From Octopus vulgaris (lineage: Eukaryota), in assembly GCA_951406725.2 (NCBI GenBank), contig OX597816.1, positions 151,218,001-151,282,000 of the forward strand: a stretch of DNA of 64,000 nt, read 5' to 3'. The notes under the pieces are model-generated. The model saw nothing but the letters and a program-made list of their open reading frames with translations. It ran no database searches and had not been told where the DNA came from. The translations under genes were made by a program, and so were the position numbers. Within the stretch, counting starts at the first letter, position 1. Every line of letters begins with the position of its first letter. Of the stretch, positions 40,692 through 53,175 are shown one piece after another.

Positions 40692-41021
40692 ACGGCAAAA
40701 TGTCTGTGTGTGTGTCCTTTATACAAATTCACAATTTTTCAGTTAGAGGGATTGCACTTTCTATGGTCATTCAAAACCATTCAAGGGTGGTCGTGCACAT
40801 CTTTACATTTCCCCATAAAAAAAATCAATAGAAGTGACTTTTTTGTGAATTTTCTATCCAAAATCCAATCAAAATGCCCGAAACTTGATACGCCAATTAA
40901 ATGCCAGCTAGCTGTATGTGATTGGTCGGAGATTTGGACAGTACTCGCATGTATGTGCGCACGCAGCTGTATATGCATGCACTAGCACTATGACCCGGCG
41001 TTGCCAGGTCATAGTGCTAGT
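40692..41021 (+). mobile_element. Non-autonomous Helitron-like element (3' part; the 5' end may be at ~40050, interrupted by the RTE)
   Basis: Ends with hairpin gacccggcgttgccaggtc followed by CTAG|T; atgtctgtgtgtgtgtc near the start. Confidence 0.5.
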
Positions 41022-41833
41022 GTATGTATATAATAATGGACTCTCTTGTTAAGAACAAAACATGACTCAGGAGGAAACAAAGCATTGTTGTTGAACAACA
41101 TGCATAAATTTACTTTCAAATCAAATTTGTATGGAACTTATCTAATGCACTCCTTTTGTAACCTGATGTGCCAAGTTATGCAAAAAGAAAAAAAAAAAAA
41201 AAGAAGCATGTTATGGAATACAGAGATGCCAAGCCCAAACAGATGATTGCTGATCTCTTTTTACCAGTATCATGTGGCAAGTTCCCCTTGCTGAAAAGTT
41301 TTGTCCAATACTACATAACATGTGCCTAAATGGATCATAGGCACAAACTGGAATACAGAAAATATTATATACTTAATGCTATGTTGAGATTTATAGAGTT
41401 CTATCACTCTTCAAGTGGTCTTACAATGTCACCATTTCTCATTTCAAGTACTTATACAACACCACTACTTATCGCTAGAAGTACCTTCCATGTGGGGAGC
41501 GGGTAACTAACATATAGTTTTTATTACTACTAACTAGCGTTCATATCAAATCTCTTTTATATAAAACTATGTAAAAAGTAGGTGTAAGACAAAATGAAAA
41601 CGCTCTCCTAAAGGTAGGGCTATTTGTACGAGGTGAATGCAGAATATCAAATTCTGGTGTACATCTGAAGCCATGTATGTTTACGGTTTTAATGTAGGGA
41701 TGTTTTGGAGTGAACTCACTCTTTTGAAAGTTACCAATGTAGACTGAATTCAGATTATAATGTTGCAGAAGAATCCACTAGCCTTTATTCAAGCCATTGT
41801 TGTATCTCACGAATTTAAGATTTGAAACTTTGG

Positions 41834-42278
41834 TTAATGTTGACAAATCGAAAAAAAAAAAAAATAGTGCAACGGGTGTAATAAAAAAAGGTGTAGGAAA
41901 CGAATATGAAAACAAAAATTCCGGGAAAGCAACGGGGGTGGAGAGAGGCCTTCGAAAAATTCACAAGATCCGATGTGTTTCCCTCATAACTTTTAGGAAA
42001 ATATGTTTTTTTTTAATGAAATTTTTTATAAATACCTTTCAAACGGTGTAGATTACTATTATAAAGAAATTTGTGGGGAAAATCTTTTCCTGGGGGCTGA
42101 GGAGAGGACTATGGAAAATTCACAAGATCCGAGTTTTTCCCTAGTAACTGAAAACATAATCCTTTTGAAGTCACAAATTAGGCTTTTCCTCAGGAATTTA
42201 AATGCTAAACGTCCCTTTGAAAGGTTCAGGTCCTTCTATATATTATATAGATAGATATGTGTGTGTGTATACATACAT

Positions 42279-42321
<43 letters not shown>

Positions 42322-42873
42322 GTAGGACCCAAACCCTCTTCAGAGGGATGTTTAGCATCTAAGTTCCTGAGGAAAAGCCTAATTTGTGATTTCAAAAGGA
42401 TTATATTTTCCTCAAAGTTACGAGGGAAAAACTCAGCTCTTGTGAATTTTCCGAAGTCCTCTCCCACCCCCGTTGCTCTCCGCGCATTTTTGTTTTCAGG
42501 TTCGTTTCCTACTTGGGTGTGAAGTAGAAAGATGTACATTTTCCTCTATGTTACGAGGTAAAAACATCGGATCTTGTGAATTTTCCATAGTCCTCTCCCC
42601 ACCCCCTCGGAAAAGATTTTCCCCACAAATTTCTTTATAATCGAAATCTAAACCGTTTGAAAGGTATTTTTTATAAAATTTCACTTAAAAACACCTTATT
42701 TTCCAAAAAGAGGGTAAAGCATAAGATCTTGTGAATTTTCCGAAGGCCTCTCCCCACCCCCTGTTGCTTTCCTGGAATTTTTGTTTTCATATTTGTTTCC
42801 TACACCTTTTTTTTTACACCCGTTGCACTATTCTTTTTTTGATCTCGTTTTCTGGTAATAATGTCAACATTAA
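41834..42873. repeat. ~1-kb inverted repeat with a central TA/CA microsatellite; partial copy of one arm at ~32656-32885
   Basis: ttaatgttgaca...gtgcaacgggtgta...ggaaacgaatatgaaaac is mirrored by gttttcatatttgtttcc...acccgttgcac...tgtcaacattaa. Confidence 0.85.
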
Positions 42874-45490
42874 TCGAAATTTTTCCTGTTTTTAACAGAA
42901 GCTGTAACTATTCTGCTACTCGCTTAAAAGTTATTCTAAAAATAAACAATCACATCATCAAGATCTCAGAGCTGTGATATAATTGATGAGTTATTGAAAA
43001 CAATGTGAATAATGAGAATAATCTGAATGCTTAAGAGTTACGGAGCATTGTTTAGGTGTTGGACAATTACATCAAAAATGTTTCTGAAATTATATTAAGA
43101 TTATAGTTTTAGAAACAAAAATATTGGAGAGACATTTTATTAATAATATTTATGATATTAAATGGAAAGACCCCCCCCCCCATTTTCTCGCAATTTTTTT
43201 CCCAAAAACTCGCGTTTTCGGAATTTTTAAATGTCTGCACCCCCCTTACTACCTCCCAATTTCTTCGTTTTCACTTCTTTCCGTAACCTTAACTCTAAAT
43301 TAGTGGTGGGGTACAAAAGGAACTCTTGCCTATTATATTCTCAGGTGATAAGAATTAGAGCAATCAAAACAATCGCTTTTTAAATGCATAAATGCAACGC
43401 ACTGCCTTTAATATCACAGAAAAACCAAGAGGGTTTATGGGAATTTTTCTGGAATATAATTCAGATTTTAATCATAAAATGTAATTGTTGTTTTTATCTC
43501 GATTGGGATGTAAATGATTGTCTTTGGAGTAACTTGTCCTGTTCACTTTTCAGTGTATCTCATGTACGGAAAACTCACCGACCAACAAGTTACCTGTTAG
43601 CAAATTCACTTTTAAGCAATTCGGTTTATATTTAATAAAAGCTTAAATTCTCTTGTCATTCGAACATATGATAGTTTTTGTAGTTTTGGGAGGGTCATTA
43701 CGTCGGTAATAATAAACACACGCACTATTATTATTAGTGCAATGAACCTCCCAAGACACAAGATTTGTTTCAACACGAATTCACATCAAGAATCTTGCAA
43801 ACCAAATGCATAAATAAAATGATAGTTCAAATGTTTTTAAAATATAACGTTTGAATTTTTCGAATCAAAGAGGATACAAAAAAATGTATATTATTAGCCA
43901 TTTTATTAAAGAAAAACAACTGAAAAAAGACAGTACTGTGGAAATGTGTGAAATATCAAAAATAAGCCATAGACGAATGAGTACAGTCGGTGACACAAAA
44001 GTGAACACACCCACATTGTCGATGCATCAAAAATTTGTGAGTTAACTTTTTAACAAGTTGTTGATCACCGTTGATCGGCAAATTGCTGTTGGGGAATTTG
44101 TAAGCAGTGCATTTAAAACTTCGTTATTTAATGTATCTTTTTTGTGAATTGTAGTGTATCGAGCATATCGATTGATCACATAGAAGTTGTCTCGTTGGCT
44201 TGTGTTAGATTGTTTTTCATGAGTGCTTTTGCTATTGTATTTAATGAACGTATATATTCGATAATGAACATTTTCTGTTTTAGTACTTTAAAAAAAAATT
44301 CAATATGTAACTTGCGGGTGTGTGGTAGAGTTACGCCCCTTTATGCCTAATTGAAATGATTTTGAAAGTCGGTCGTCTCCCTGCAAAATCCCCCAACAAA
44401 ACAAGTAGACCGTAGCACAGTTTCAAAAGAAAAGAATTCTTCCGCGGATACCAAACTATTTATTTTTCTCCTGCACAGAGGTCCATGTTTATTATTATTT
44501 TATTAATAGTTATTCATTTCTTACGTTGACATACGACGTTAGAATAATTGAGTTGCCGATTTGAGAATATGTTCATTGTTTTCTAACGAGTAACAATTCG
44601 TGTGTTTAATAGCTTACAGCCGAGATTCAAAACGAGTTATGCTTGTATACAATAGGACTCATCACTAAGAAGGTAATAAAGATAACTGCTGTGAGAGTGT
44701 CCTTTCAAGAGGAAATTACAAATCTATTTCTTTTTTAATGTACTTTCTTTCTAATTCAATCAGAATGTCTCAAAATTAATGTTATTTATTTAAAATTGCT
44801 TTCTGAAAATTAACTGCCCAAACTGTGTAAAATAACTTAGTTTCTTTCTCTGAAGTAATTTACTTTTCTCCCTTCTCTATACTTTCGTTGGAAGCAAAGT
44901 GAGTAGTCATTAAAATATCCACTAAATGATCAGAAGTTTGCATCCTCTGATTGGTTTGTAATTTGGCAAAGACGATCGGTAACTAAATGGATACCATAAA
45001 ACGATGATTTACTACTAAGTAAAACGGAATCACGAGAAAACACGAGCGAAAAGGAGAGCCTCTACGCAGTCATTTGGTTGGTAGAAATAGCAGCCAAAGC
45101 TCATATCTACACATAGGTGGAGAGGGTTGAATATTACATCTGTGAAAACTAATATATATAATAGAGTATAATTGTGACTTCTTCATTTAAATACTTGCAT
45201 TAATAAACCGATTCCTTTTTGAGAATTTTGATCACTTATATTGCCGAACATGTTAAAGTGTAAATCCTTTCATGTGCAACTTAAAATATTCTCGAAGCGC
45301 GATAATGCAAATTATTTTAATTTGCTTCGAGATTAAAATAACCTCGAAACAAATTAAAATAATCTCAGAGCAAATTAAATAGATATTTTTTTATATGAAA
45401 ACGTAACGGACGTTTGTGTTTTGAAGTGCTTGGATTTACGTTGGATAGTTTTAAATTGGAATACATTGCATCGTTTAATTTATCCCTACA

Positions 45491-46657
45491 ATGCTACGTT
45501 TGCTTACAGATAATGAAAATCAGTCCGAAAACAGCGAAAGCTTGACTCAAAGTATAAGTACTTCTATTTTACGAGGTGTCAAACGAGGAAGCAAGCGAGG
45601 GCCATACAAGAAGTCTGCACTCGAAACTCGAAAGCGTGTACTGTCTGCAGCTGAACGAGGAAAAGATTTGAAATCTATTGCTGCAACACATGGCGTGAAG
45701 AAGACAACTGCATATAATTGGGTGCGCAGAGATCGTGCATCGCATTTGCGCCGTGGAGGTGTCCGTGATAAGGTGAAGAAGATAGAGCATGAACATATCG
45801 AGTCACTTATTGAGAGGTTAAACGAATGTCCACAATTAACATTGAAGAATCTTTGCGAACATTTACTTTCAAAGTATGGATTGATTGTGTCCGAACAAAC
45901 TATAGCCAGTCATCTAGATGGAAGAATGATTTCATTGAAGCAAGTACATTTATGCCCAGAGACGGTCAACAATCAGAAAAACAAGCTTTTGAGGAAGGAG
46001 TACATCGAGACAGTGATGAAATCATCTGCTGAAGGAAAGTTCTTTGTATATATCGGCAAGTCAAATGTCAACCTTTTCCTTAGAAGAAGTAAAGGCGGGT
46101 TAATGAAAGGAACACGTTCAGTTGCGCATCTGCCTTCTTCCAAAGGTCCGACTATCCATATGATTGGGGCTGTTTGTCAAGCTGGATCGATCGATTTCCA
46201 AAGAACAAGAGGAAGTTATCGGAGTGACTCGTGCAATGTGTGGGTGCGAGACCTGTTGCAAAACGTTATTGGCAATGGTACTTCGTGTGAACAAATAGTG
46301 ATGGTTACTGACAATGCCCCTTGCTACTCGGATTTAGAAAACGTCTTAAGTGAGTTCCAAGGAGCAACACTTCTTCGTCTTGCGCCTTATTCACCCATGT
46401 TAAATCCAGTTGAGGGTGTCTGGAGTGTGATTAAGACTCAACTCAAACAGAAGGAAGCCAATCAGCTTTCCGAATTGATAGCAGGTGATCCACAAAATAT
46501 ATTATCAAAATCTGAATGGAAACTTAGATTTGTGGAAAGGTTGATTGACGAAAGTGTAACCGTCATTACGCCTAGTATGTGTTTGAATTTCGTTAATCAC
46601 ATCCAGTTGTTATTTGGACGTGCCCTCCAAATGAAAGATATGCCTGTTGGTCAGTAA
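45491..46657 (+). CDS. Intact Tc1/IS630-like transposase-derived ORF (388 aa), first catalytic Asp lost; possible terminal exon from 45510
   Basis: N-terminal HTH (LKSIAATHGVKKTTAYNWVR); YIGKSNVN in place of YIDExxF; VTDNAPCY and LAPYSPMLNPVEGVW (D-x33-E) retained; phase-1 acceptor tttgcttacag| at 45509. Confidence 0.85.
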   Translation: MLRLLTDNENQSENSESLTQSISTSILRGVKRGSKRGPYKKSALETRKRVLSAAERGKDLKSIAATHGVKKTTAYNWVRRDRASHLRRGGVRDKVKKIEHEHIESLIERLNECPQLTLKNLCEHLLSKYGLIVSEQTIASHLDGRMISLKQVHLCPETVNNQKNKLLRKEYIETVMKSSAEGKFFVYIGKSNVNLFLRRSKGGLMKGTRSVAHLPSSKGPTIHMIGAVCQAGSIDFQRTRGSYRSDSCNVWVRDLLQNVIGNGTSCEQIVMVTDNAPCYSDLENVLSEFQGATLLRLAPYSPMLNPVEGVWSVIKTQLKQKEANQLSELIAGDPQNILSKSEWKLRFVERLIDESVTVITPSMCLNFVNHIQLLFGRALQMKDMPVGQ

Positions 46658-47227
46658 AAACAGTTTTACAAACTCATCATGTGAGAATGTTGTTGGTATG
46701 GCTATTTATATGACTGAATCGTTTTAACTTGAGGTGTGTAGGTACTTTGGGCTTGTAACTGTAGTTCTAAAATAGATGATGCCCATAAATTCATGAAAGA
46801 TATTTTGATACTTGTTCTATAATTATTGCCAGTTAAAATTAAACTAATTTATTACTCGTTAGATAAAGGCACCGGGAATATGGTAGGTGGCATTACCTAA
46901 ATTAGAAAAGCAAAACATTAATTTTGTTTCGAGATTATTTTTATGTTTCATTGTTATTTTATTTCGATATTATTTTAATTTTCAATGAAAAGGATTTGGT
47001 TCTGTGGTGAAAATGCACACTAACCACTGTATTTAAAACTGGGAAAACGATATCGTAATGCGTCGTCTTAAACGCCGAGAACTTAGAAATGACGGTCTAA
47101 CGTCTACAGTAATCGGGTTGGGTGAACCAGACTCATAGCGCTTGCGCGAGATTGTTAGTTGTTATCTTGGTGTCACATGCGTTGTGACTATTGTTTCTAC
47201 GATTTCAAGATATCATAAAGGCTCGTC

Positions 47228-47767
47228 ATGGCGCAAACACCTACACGAAGGAAATACCAAGCTGGGTTTAAGTTGAACGTAATAGCATATGCAAAGAAGC
47301 ACAATAATTGCGCTGCTGCACGAGAATATGGTGTAACGGAGAAGGTGGTGAGAGATTGGAGATTAAAAGAAGATATATTAAAGAAAATCCCTAAGAGCAA
47401 ATGTGCAATGAGAAGAGGTAGTGCACATTGGCCAAATTTAGAAAATTATTTAGCAGATATAGTTTGCGAGTATCGAAAAAATGGATACGGTATATCAAGA
47501 AATAAAATCCGCAATATGGCACTCGAGTGGGCAAAAGAAAATCAAGAGGATTGTAAAGACTTCAAAGCCACCGCTTCATGGTGTAGTCGATTCATGGAGA
47601 GACATAACTTAGTATTGAGAAAGAGAACCAAATTAGCGAAGAAATTACCTACAGAGCTTGACACCGAAATAACTTATTCCCGTCGTTCTAAATTAATGCA
47701 GCGTAAAAAAAGTAATTACTTTCTTTATATCCCTTTGTCTTTTTTATTTGTAATTTCCGGCCTCTAA
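47228..47767 (+). CDS. pogo-type BrkDBD + CENP-B HTH DNA-binding module (POGK-like N-terminus) without the DDE domain
   Basis: RRKYQAGFKLNVIAYAKKHNNCAAAREYGVTEKVVRDWR, WPNLENYL and FKATASWCSRFMERHNLVLRKRT; possible phase-1 donors at 47703 and 47712. Confidence 0.8.
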   Translation: MAQTPTRRKYQAGFKLNVIAYAKKHNNCAAAREYGVTEKVVRDWRLKEDILKKIPKSKCAMRRGSAHWPNLENYLADIVCEYRKNGYGISRNKIRNMALEWAKENQEDCKDFKATASWCSRFMERHNLVLRKRTKLAKKLPTELDTEITYSRRSKLMQRKKSNYFLYIPLSFLFVISGL

Positions 47768-47934
47768 CATGCTATATTTCGTGTGAAACTTTGTCTTATA
47801 CGTTAAATATAAGACGAAATAAACATTTTGAGGGGAAATTTACGAAGTCGTCTTATATACCTTGTCGCATTATAGACCGACCCACACGGTCATTTTTCTA
47901 TCGGTGCATTATTATAGTCGGGATTAACTTTTCT

Positions 47935-48200
47935 TGACACCGCCATTAATGTTTATGTTGGCGTTTGTTGGTATGTGAAAAGTTGCACAACGCATAATTC
48001 AAAATCGAAGGTGGTACGAAATCTCGAAGCGAAAAAGATAAAATAGCTTGTTTACTGTTTGGATTAAAAACCCATACGGCGGAAGTAAAGAACATGAACT
48101 GCACCCACTTTCGGCTTTTGGGGAGTTTTTTTCCTACAGAAACCCACTTTTTTGACTGCAGAGATTCCGAATCGGCACTTCTTGTTACTTTCACTCTTCC
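47935..48200 (+). promoter_or_regulatory. Candidate CpG-rich promoter (YY1-like and ETS motifs)
   Basis: CCGCCATT at 47940, CGGAAGT at 48080, locally high CpG density. Confidence 0.45.
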
Positions 48201-49905
48201 TACGAAATTGTGGGTTTCTTGCATAAGTTTTGTTGCACTTTTTCAACTCTTTACTAAAAATTCCCTGATAGGAATAAAAGTAATGTTTTATAACTTTCTT
48301 GGTCCAAGCTAAGTATTATATGTTTCTCTTCAGAACATGTTCTCGGCTGGTGTATGTTCCTGGAAAAGTATTTTAGAATTTGGTGCCATTTAATCAGATT
48401 GTATGTCTGTCATCGTACTTCAATAGATGAAAATGAAGGGGGTTTTTTTTGTTTTTTTTGTCCCAAAGGTTTATAAGTAAATGGCTAAGACAACTAGCAC
48501 ATTGGTGTAAATTGATATTCCACAACAAGCATTCATTGTGTTACTTAACTGTGCTTACCGAGGAATTATGAAAAATATATGATTTAGAATACGTTACACT
48601 TCTGCTTTATCTGTTTTTCGTTTGCTGCTAGAGTCACTATTGTTAAGGGCTCACAGTTTTCAACAATTCGTGAAAGCGTGAACATTTACTTTCTTTTTTT
48701 TTTTTTTTGTATCAAATATAGAAGTTTTAAAATTATTACTTAAAACTGTTACTAATAATTTTAAAATGTAGATTATATATTGTTATCAGTGAGAACTCAT
48801 AATAGTTGCTCTTTGTAATGGGATAAACCGTTAATAATTAATGTATCTGATAATTATTTGGAAGGTGAAGATCCAACGATGGTAAATTTTTACTATTACA
48901 CTTGTCTCGTCAGTATGTATGGGTTTCTTAGAGAACAAGTGGAGTCCGACGGTTTTGATGGTCATATTCGTTCAAAACTCGTAAAAAAAGACTTAGGAAA
49001 AACGTACATATTATCTTCAAAGTATGACAGATGAAATAGTACGACTTTGGCTTATTGAGATTATGGTATACTGAGAAATTATTTCCGATTCATGATCCAC
49101 ACATTTTCAAAAAGTAACTCAATAATGACTAAGTAGGTATAAGCTGTTAGCAGTCTGTAACCAAATCGTTGCTTATTTAATTTTCATGAATAGCTCTTTT
49201 CTTTCATCACAAATGCATCTAAAAGAAAATAAAAGAGTATTTCAAGAAGTGTTATCTTTATATCGTCCATGTAGTATTACATGAAAATTATTGAACCTAT
49301 AAACCACAAATGAATTTGTACGTGGTTGAGAAGTTTGCTTACCAACGACATGATTTGGGGCAGTCCCTCTGAATGGCACCTTGGGCAATATCTTCTTCTA
49401 TAGTACTGAACTGATCAAAGCTTTATGATTGGATTTGGTTGACAGAAACCGAAAGAAGGCCATCATATGTGTGTTTGCATCACATGATAGTTGTAAATGA
49501 GCATCACCATACCAGTGGTGTCCTTCGTTTCTAAACCTCTGTGAAACCATGTCTGACCAAGGGGAAATAATACGGTGCTTGGAAACAGGCGGGTTGGCAA
49601 CAAAGGCATCAAGCCATAGATGATTTGCTTTGACAAATTCTGTCTGGCTCGTATAACCATTGAAAAGTGGAGTTTAAAATGATGATAGCAATTTAATTTG
49701 CTTCCTTAATTACACTAGTAAAAGTTGACTAATGAGTTAATTAAAACAAAGCTTTATTGATTTTAGAACTTTTGTAGCCACAGCATTTCTAAATTATTCT
49801 GAATAGTAATAGGGTTAATTTACCAGCACATAATTTCATATTTAGTAAATATGGTTATACAACCATTGGGGTATTAAATTAAGATGGACAGTAATCCACA
49901 ATCTG

Positions 49906-50270
49906 TCATCATCATCATCGTTTAACGTCCACTTTCCATGCTAGCATGGGTTGGACGGTTCAACTGGGGTCTGGGAAGCCAGAAGGCTGCACCAGGCCAG
50001 TCAGATCTGGCAGTGTTTCTACAGCTGGATGCCCTTCCTAACGCCAACCACTCCGTGAGTTAGTGGGTGCTTTTTATGTGCCACTGACACAGGTGTCAGA
50101 CGAGGCTGGAGAACGACCACGCTCGGATGGTGCTTTTTACGTGCCACCGGCACGGAGGCCAGGCGAGGCTGGCAACGACCACGATCGGATGGTGTTTGTT
50201 ATGTGCCACTTGTATGGAGGCCAGTTGATGCGGTGCTGGCTACGACCACGTTCAGATGGTTCTCTTATGT
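49906..50270 (-). mobile_element. RTE-tail element
   Basis: Reverse complement of 4000-4316-like sequence; (CAT)n at the left end. Confidence 0.8.
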
Positions 50271-50380
50271 ATGCCTGCAAATTAAAAAAAAGTATTCATA
50301 ATATATTCATTATCAGTATAAATAGTAAATAATATGAAGACTGTATCAATGTATTTGACACTGTTTTATTTAAATTTCAG

Positions 50381-50445
50381 GTTCCAATGAGTATGACAAG
50401 ATTCTTGAAACTGCCTCAGAACTCTATACAGCTAATCAACTTCCG
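50381..50445 (+). CDS. BTB gene internal exon A (phase 1 to 0): (G)SNEYDKILETASELYTANQLP
   Basis: Acceptor aaatttcag| and donor CCG|gtaaaa; 65 nt, with the end phase matching exon B. Confidence 0.65.
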
Positions 50446-50629
50446 GTAAAAATAATATTAAAATTTCTTAGTAGTAGCTGGCTGTGTTAAAAGGGTTTCA
50501 TCCAATTGAAAAGTTATGTAAGCACTCTGCTGCCCACACTATTGTTGACCCAATACATCATGCTATAAATAGATATAAGTATATGGACCCTTCCACATTT
50601 ACATGTACTTTTTCTATATTAGTATAGAG

Positions 50630-50830
50630 CAGGGATGGGCAACTTTTCCTCAATTGGAGGTCACATCGTACCATTTCCAAGTGGAAAAGGTCCACATGAT
50701 AAAACACATGCATGAAATATTACTTGCCTACTTTACACTGAATTTTTTGCAGTTCTTCTTAATTTTATTTATCTTAGTATGAAATTAGTAATCTAGAAAC
50801 TTGTTGAGGGCTGCAGGTTGCCCATGCCTG
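50630..50830. mobile_element. hAT (Charlie-like) MITE
   Basis: 8-bp TSD GTATAGAG on both sides; TIRs CAGGGATGGGCAAC / GTTGCCCATGCCTG. Confidence 0.88.
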
Positions 50831-51324
50831 GTATAGAGTCATGCACTTAAATTGTGCTATTAATAAAATTTGTAGACTCGAGTTCAGGTAGTCAATTCTT
50901 TGGAAAAGCATAATGTGCTTCACACTGTGATGCTTCCCAGCAATGACAAGTGTTAATAGAAACTAACACATCTTTTATTGTTTCCCTTATGATTTTTGTG
51001 CAAAATAACATTGTTTTTTCTTCAATATTAACCTAAAGTTTTTGGGAATGCCAAGTAATATTTCCATATTCTTTAAATAACATCTTTTTTACACAAATAA
51101 AGGATTGAGATTTTTAATTGGGGATCTGAAAATTATGCCTTCCCCAGTGTCTTTAGTGACATGTCAGCCAATATTGATATTAGGGAATTAAAATCATGTC
51201 CAAATCAGATTAGAAACTGGCAACACATGAGGTATTGAGAAAAAAAAGAATTACTGAAAGGTATGTTAAGTGATATTCACAACCAACTATTTTAATTTTC
51301 ATTTACTTCTATTATTCCTTGTAG

Positions 51325-51515
51325 GTAAAATCACAAGTGATTAAATCAGCCCATCAACAAATTACTCCTTCATATTCTTTAAATAAGTTAGATGTGGAAC
51401 ACCGGCGGAAAAATCCTTCTTCTTCAGCATCGAAATCCATCAATAGCTTATCAGATGCAAACCAATCATTTTCACCACCTGCAAAAGTTCCTAAAAAACA
51501 TAACTTCTCTAAACC
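51325..51515 (+). CDS. BTB gene internal exon B (phase 0 to 2), S/P/K-rich linker
   Basis: Acceptor ttccttgtag| and donor CC|gtgagt; open frame VKSQVIKS...KHNFSKP. Confidence 0.7.
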
Positions 51516-52844
51516 GTGAGTGATTTCAGATTCATAACTTTTTTTTATTTTTAATTAATTTATTTTTTTAGATGTATTCATATTATTCATGCCATTAAGC
51601 TATAGGAAAAAAAGAATCATGGATGGATAAAAGTTAAGTTGCTTTCTTCCTGGCTAAATGGGTAATAATGTGTATTCTGTTCTGTTGTTAAAGGAAAATG
51701 CTGAATTTCTAGACAAGACAATTCATAGTCAAACTGTCCAACCCATGCCAGCATGGAAAACGGATGTTAAACGATGATGTGAAAATGTATCTTCTACTGG
51801 TTAAAATGATGAATATTTCTGTTGTTCAATCAGCAAGCTCCTTAATCATTTGGATTATATTGTGTATGGGGCTAAGTATTCCACAGGTGCACATGCCCTT
51901 AATGAATCGGGATCAGTATGACACAGTGTATCACAACACTGGCTCTTTGAAGTACAAGGACTGTCCATTTGACAGGCTTCTGTAGATTCCACCTACCCAG
52001 TTTCACCCATAAGACCGAAGGCTATGGCAGAAGACACTTGGCCAAGTTAATGCACAGTGGGATTTAACCCAGGACCTCAGTAGTATTGAGTAAAGTATTA
52101 ACTATTTTGCTAGTGTAAGTTTTACTTTCTGTTTTGAGTACAAAATTACATCTACTCAGAATAACTAGCATCTCAAGACATTTTTATTTATGATATCTTG
52201 TTAGGAAGGGCATCCAGCCATAAAAACTATGCCAAAACACACTCAGAAGCATGGTGCTGGCTCCCACCTAGCCAGCTCCATGCCAGCATGGAAGGAGGAT
52301 GTTAAACAATGATGCTGATGATCTTCAGTAGCAATGCAATAACAAAATGCTTGAATGTTATATAGCTGAAAGAAACTATAATAGCATTCTCAAAATTTAT
52401 GTTCTATGTTTTATACCCAAGGTTGATTTCAGTAGAACAAATACCTATGTAGCAAGCAGTGCCCTTATTCCTAAAGACTCATCAGTGAATTCAAATGGAA
52501 CTTATTGTCAGCTAAGCCATGAACCTTGTTATGAACCTTGCCCAGTAAAACCTGTAATAATTCTGCACTAGCCTTTATTTCATTGATGAAATCAAATTAT
52601 TTTAAGGCTGTCTTTAATTCTAGTTCTCTTTGTGTGATGAATTGTTTACTATTTCATGATATAAAATTTTTTGATATTAGTTTTACTTTTTGAAAGTTTA
52701 TCTAAAATTCTCATACAATTCTATTTGCTTTTCATTATTAAAGTAACTTTTGCTGTAGATTTAGAAAATTATCAAAAATGATTTGGTTGGATTTTTTTTC
52801 TGCCTATAATTGACTTTTTTTATTTATTTTTTTTTTTTTACTAG

Positions 52845-53175
52845 TTTTATTTCAGCTGGTCAAACTCATGTTATTGACAAACCAGCTGCTGTTTCATCGT
52901 CAACTACTGATACTAGATCCCAACCAATAGATTGCTCTAGTAGCTCTTCCAAAAATCAAAGTTTTTCATCAAAAAATATTCAAAAACCACAAACTGCTCC
53001 TAAATCTGAGAAACAGTTGCAAATGAGTCCAACAATAGATGTATCTCACCAAAAAGAGAAACGCATGCTTGTAGTTCCAAACCATCAGTCATCTGTTATG
53101 TCAAACATGTCATCATTATGGAAAGCTGGTCGGTTGTGTGATGCTTACATCAGCAATGGTACAGTTAGTATTATG
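52845..53175 (+). CDS. BTB gene exon C (phase 2 to 0): linker + N-terminal part of BTB/POZ
   Basis: Long poly-T acceptor ctag| and donor ATG|gtaagt; HQSSVMSNMSSLWKAGRLCDAYI. Confidence 0.82.

Noticed and set aside
52433-52553. Possible extra BTB-gene exon (RTNTYVASSALIPKD...)
   Set aside because: The acceptor is phase 2 but the plausible donors are phase 0, which breaks frame with exon C; exon B joins exon C directly
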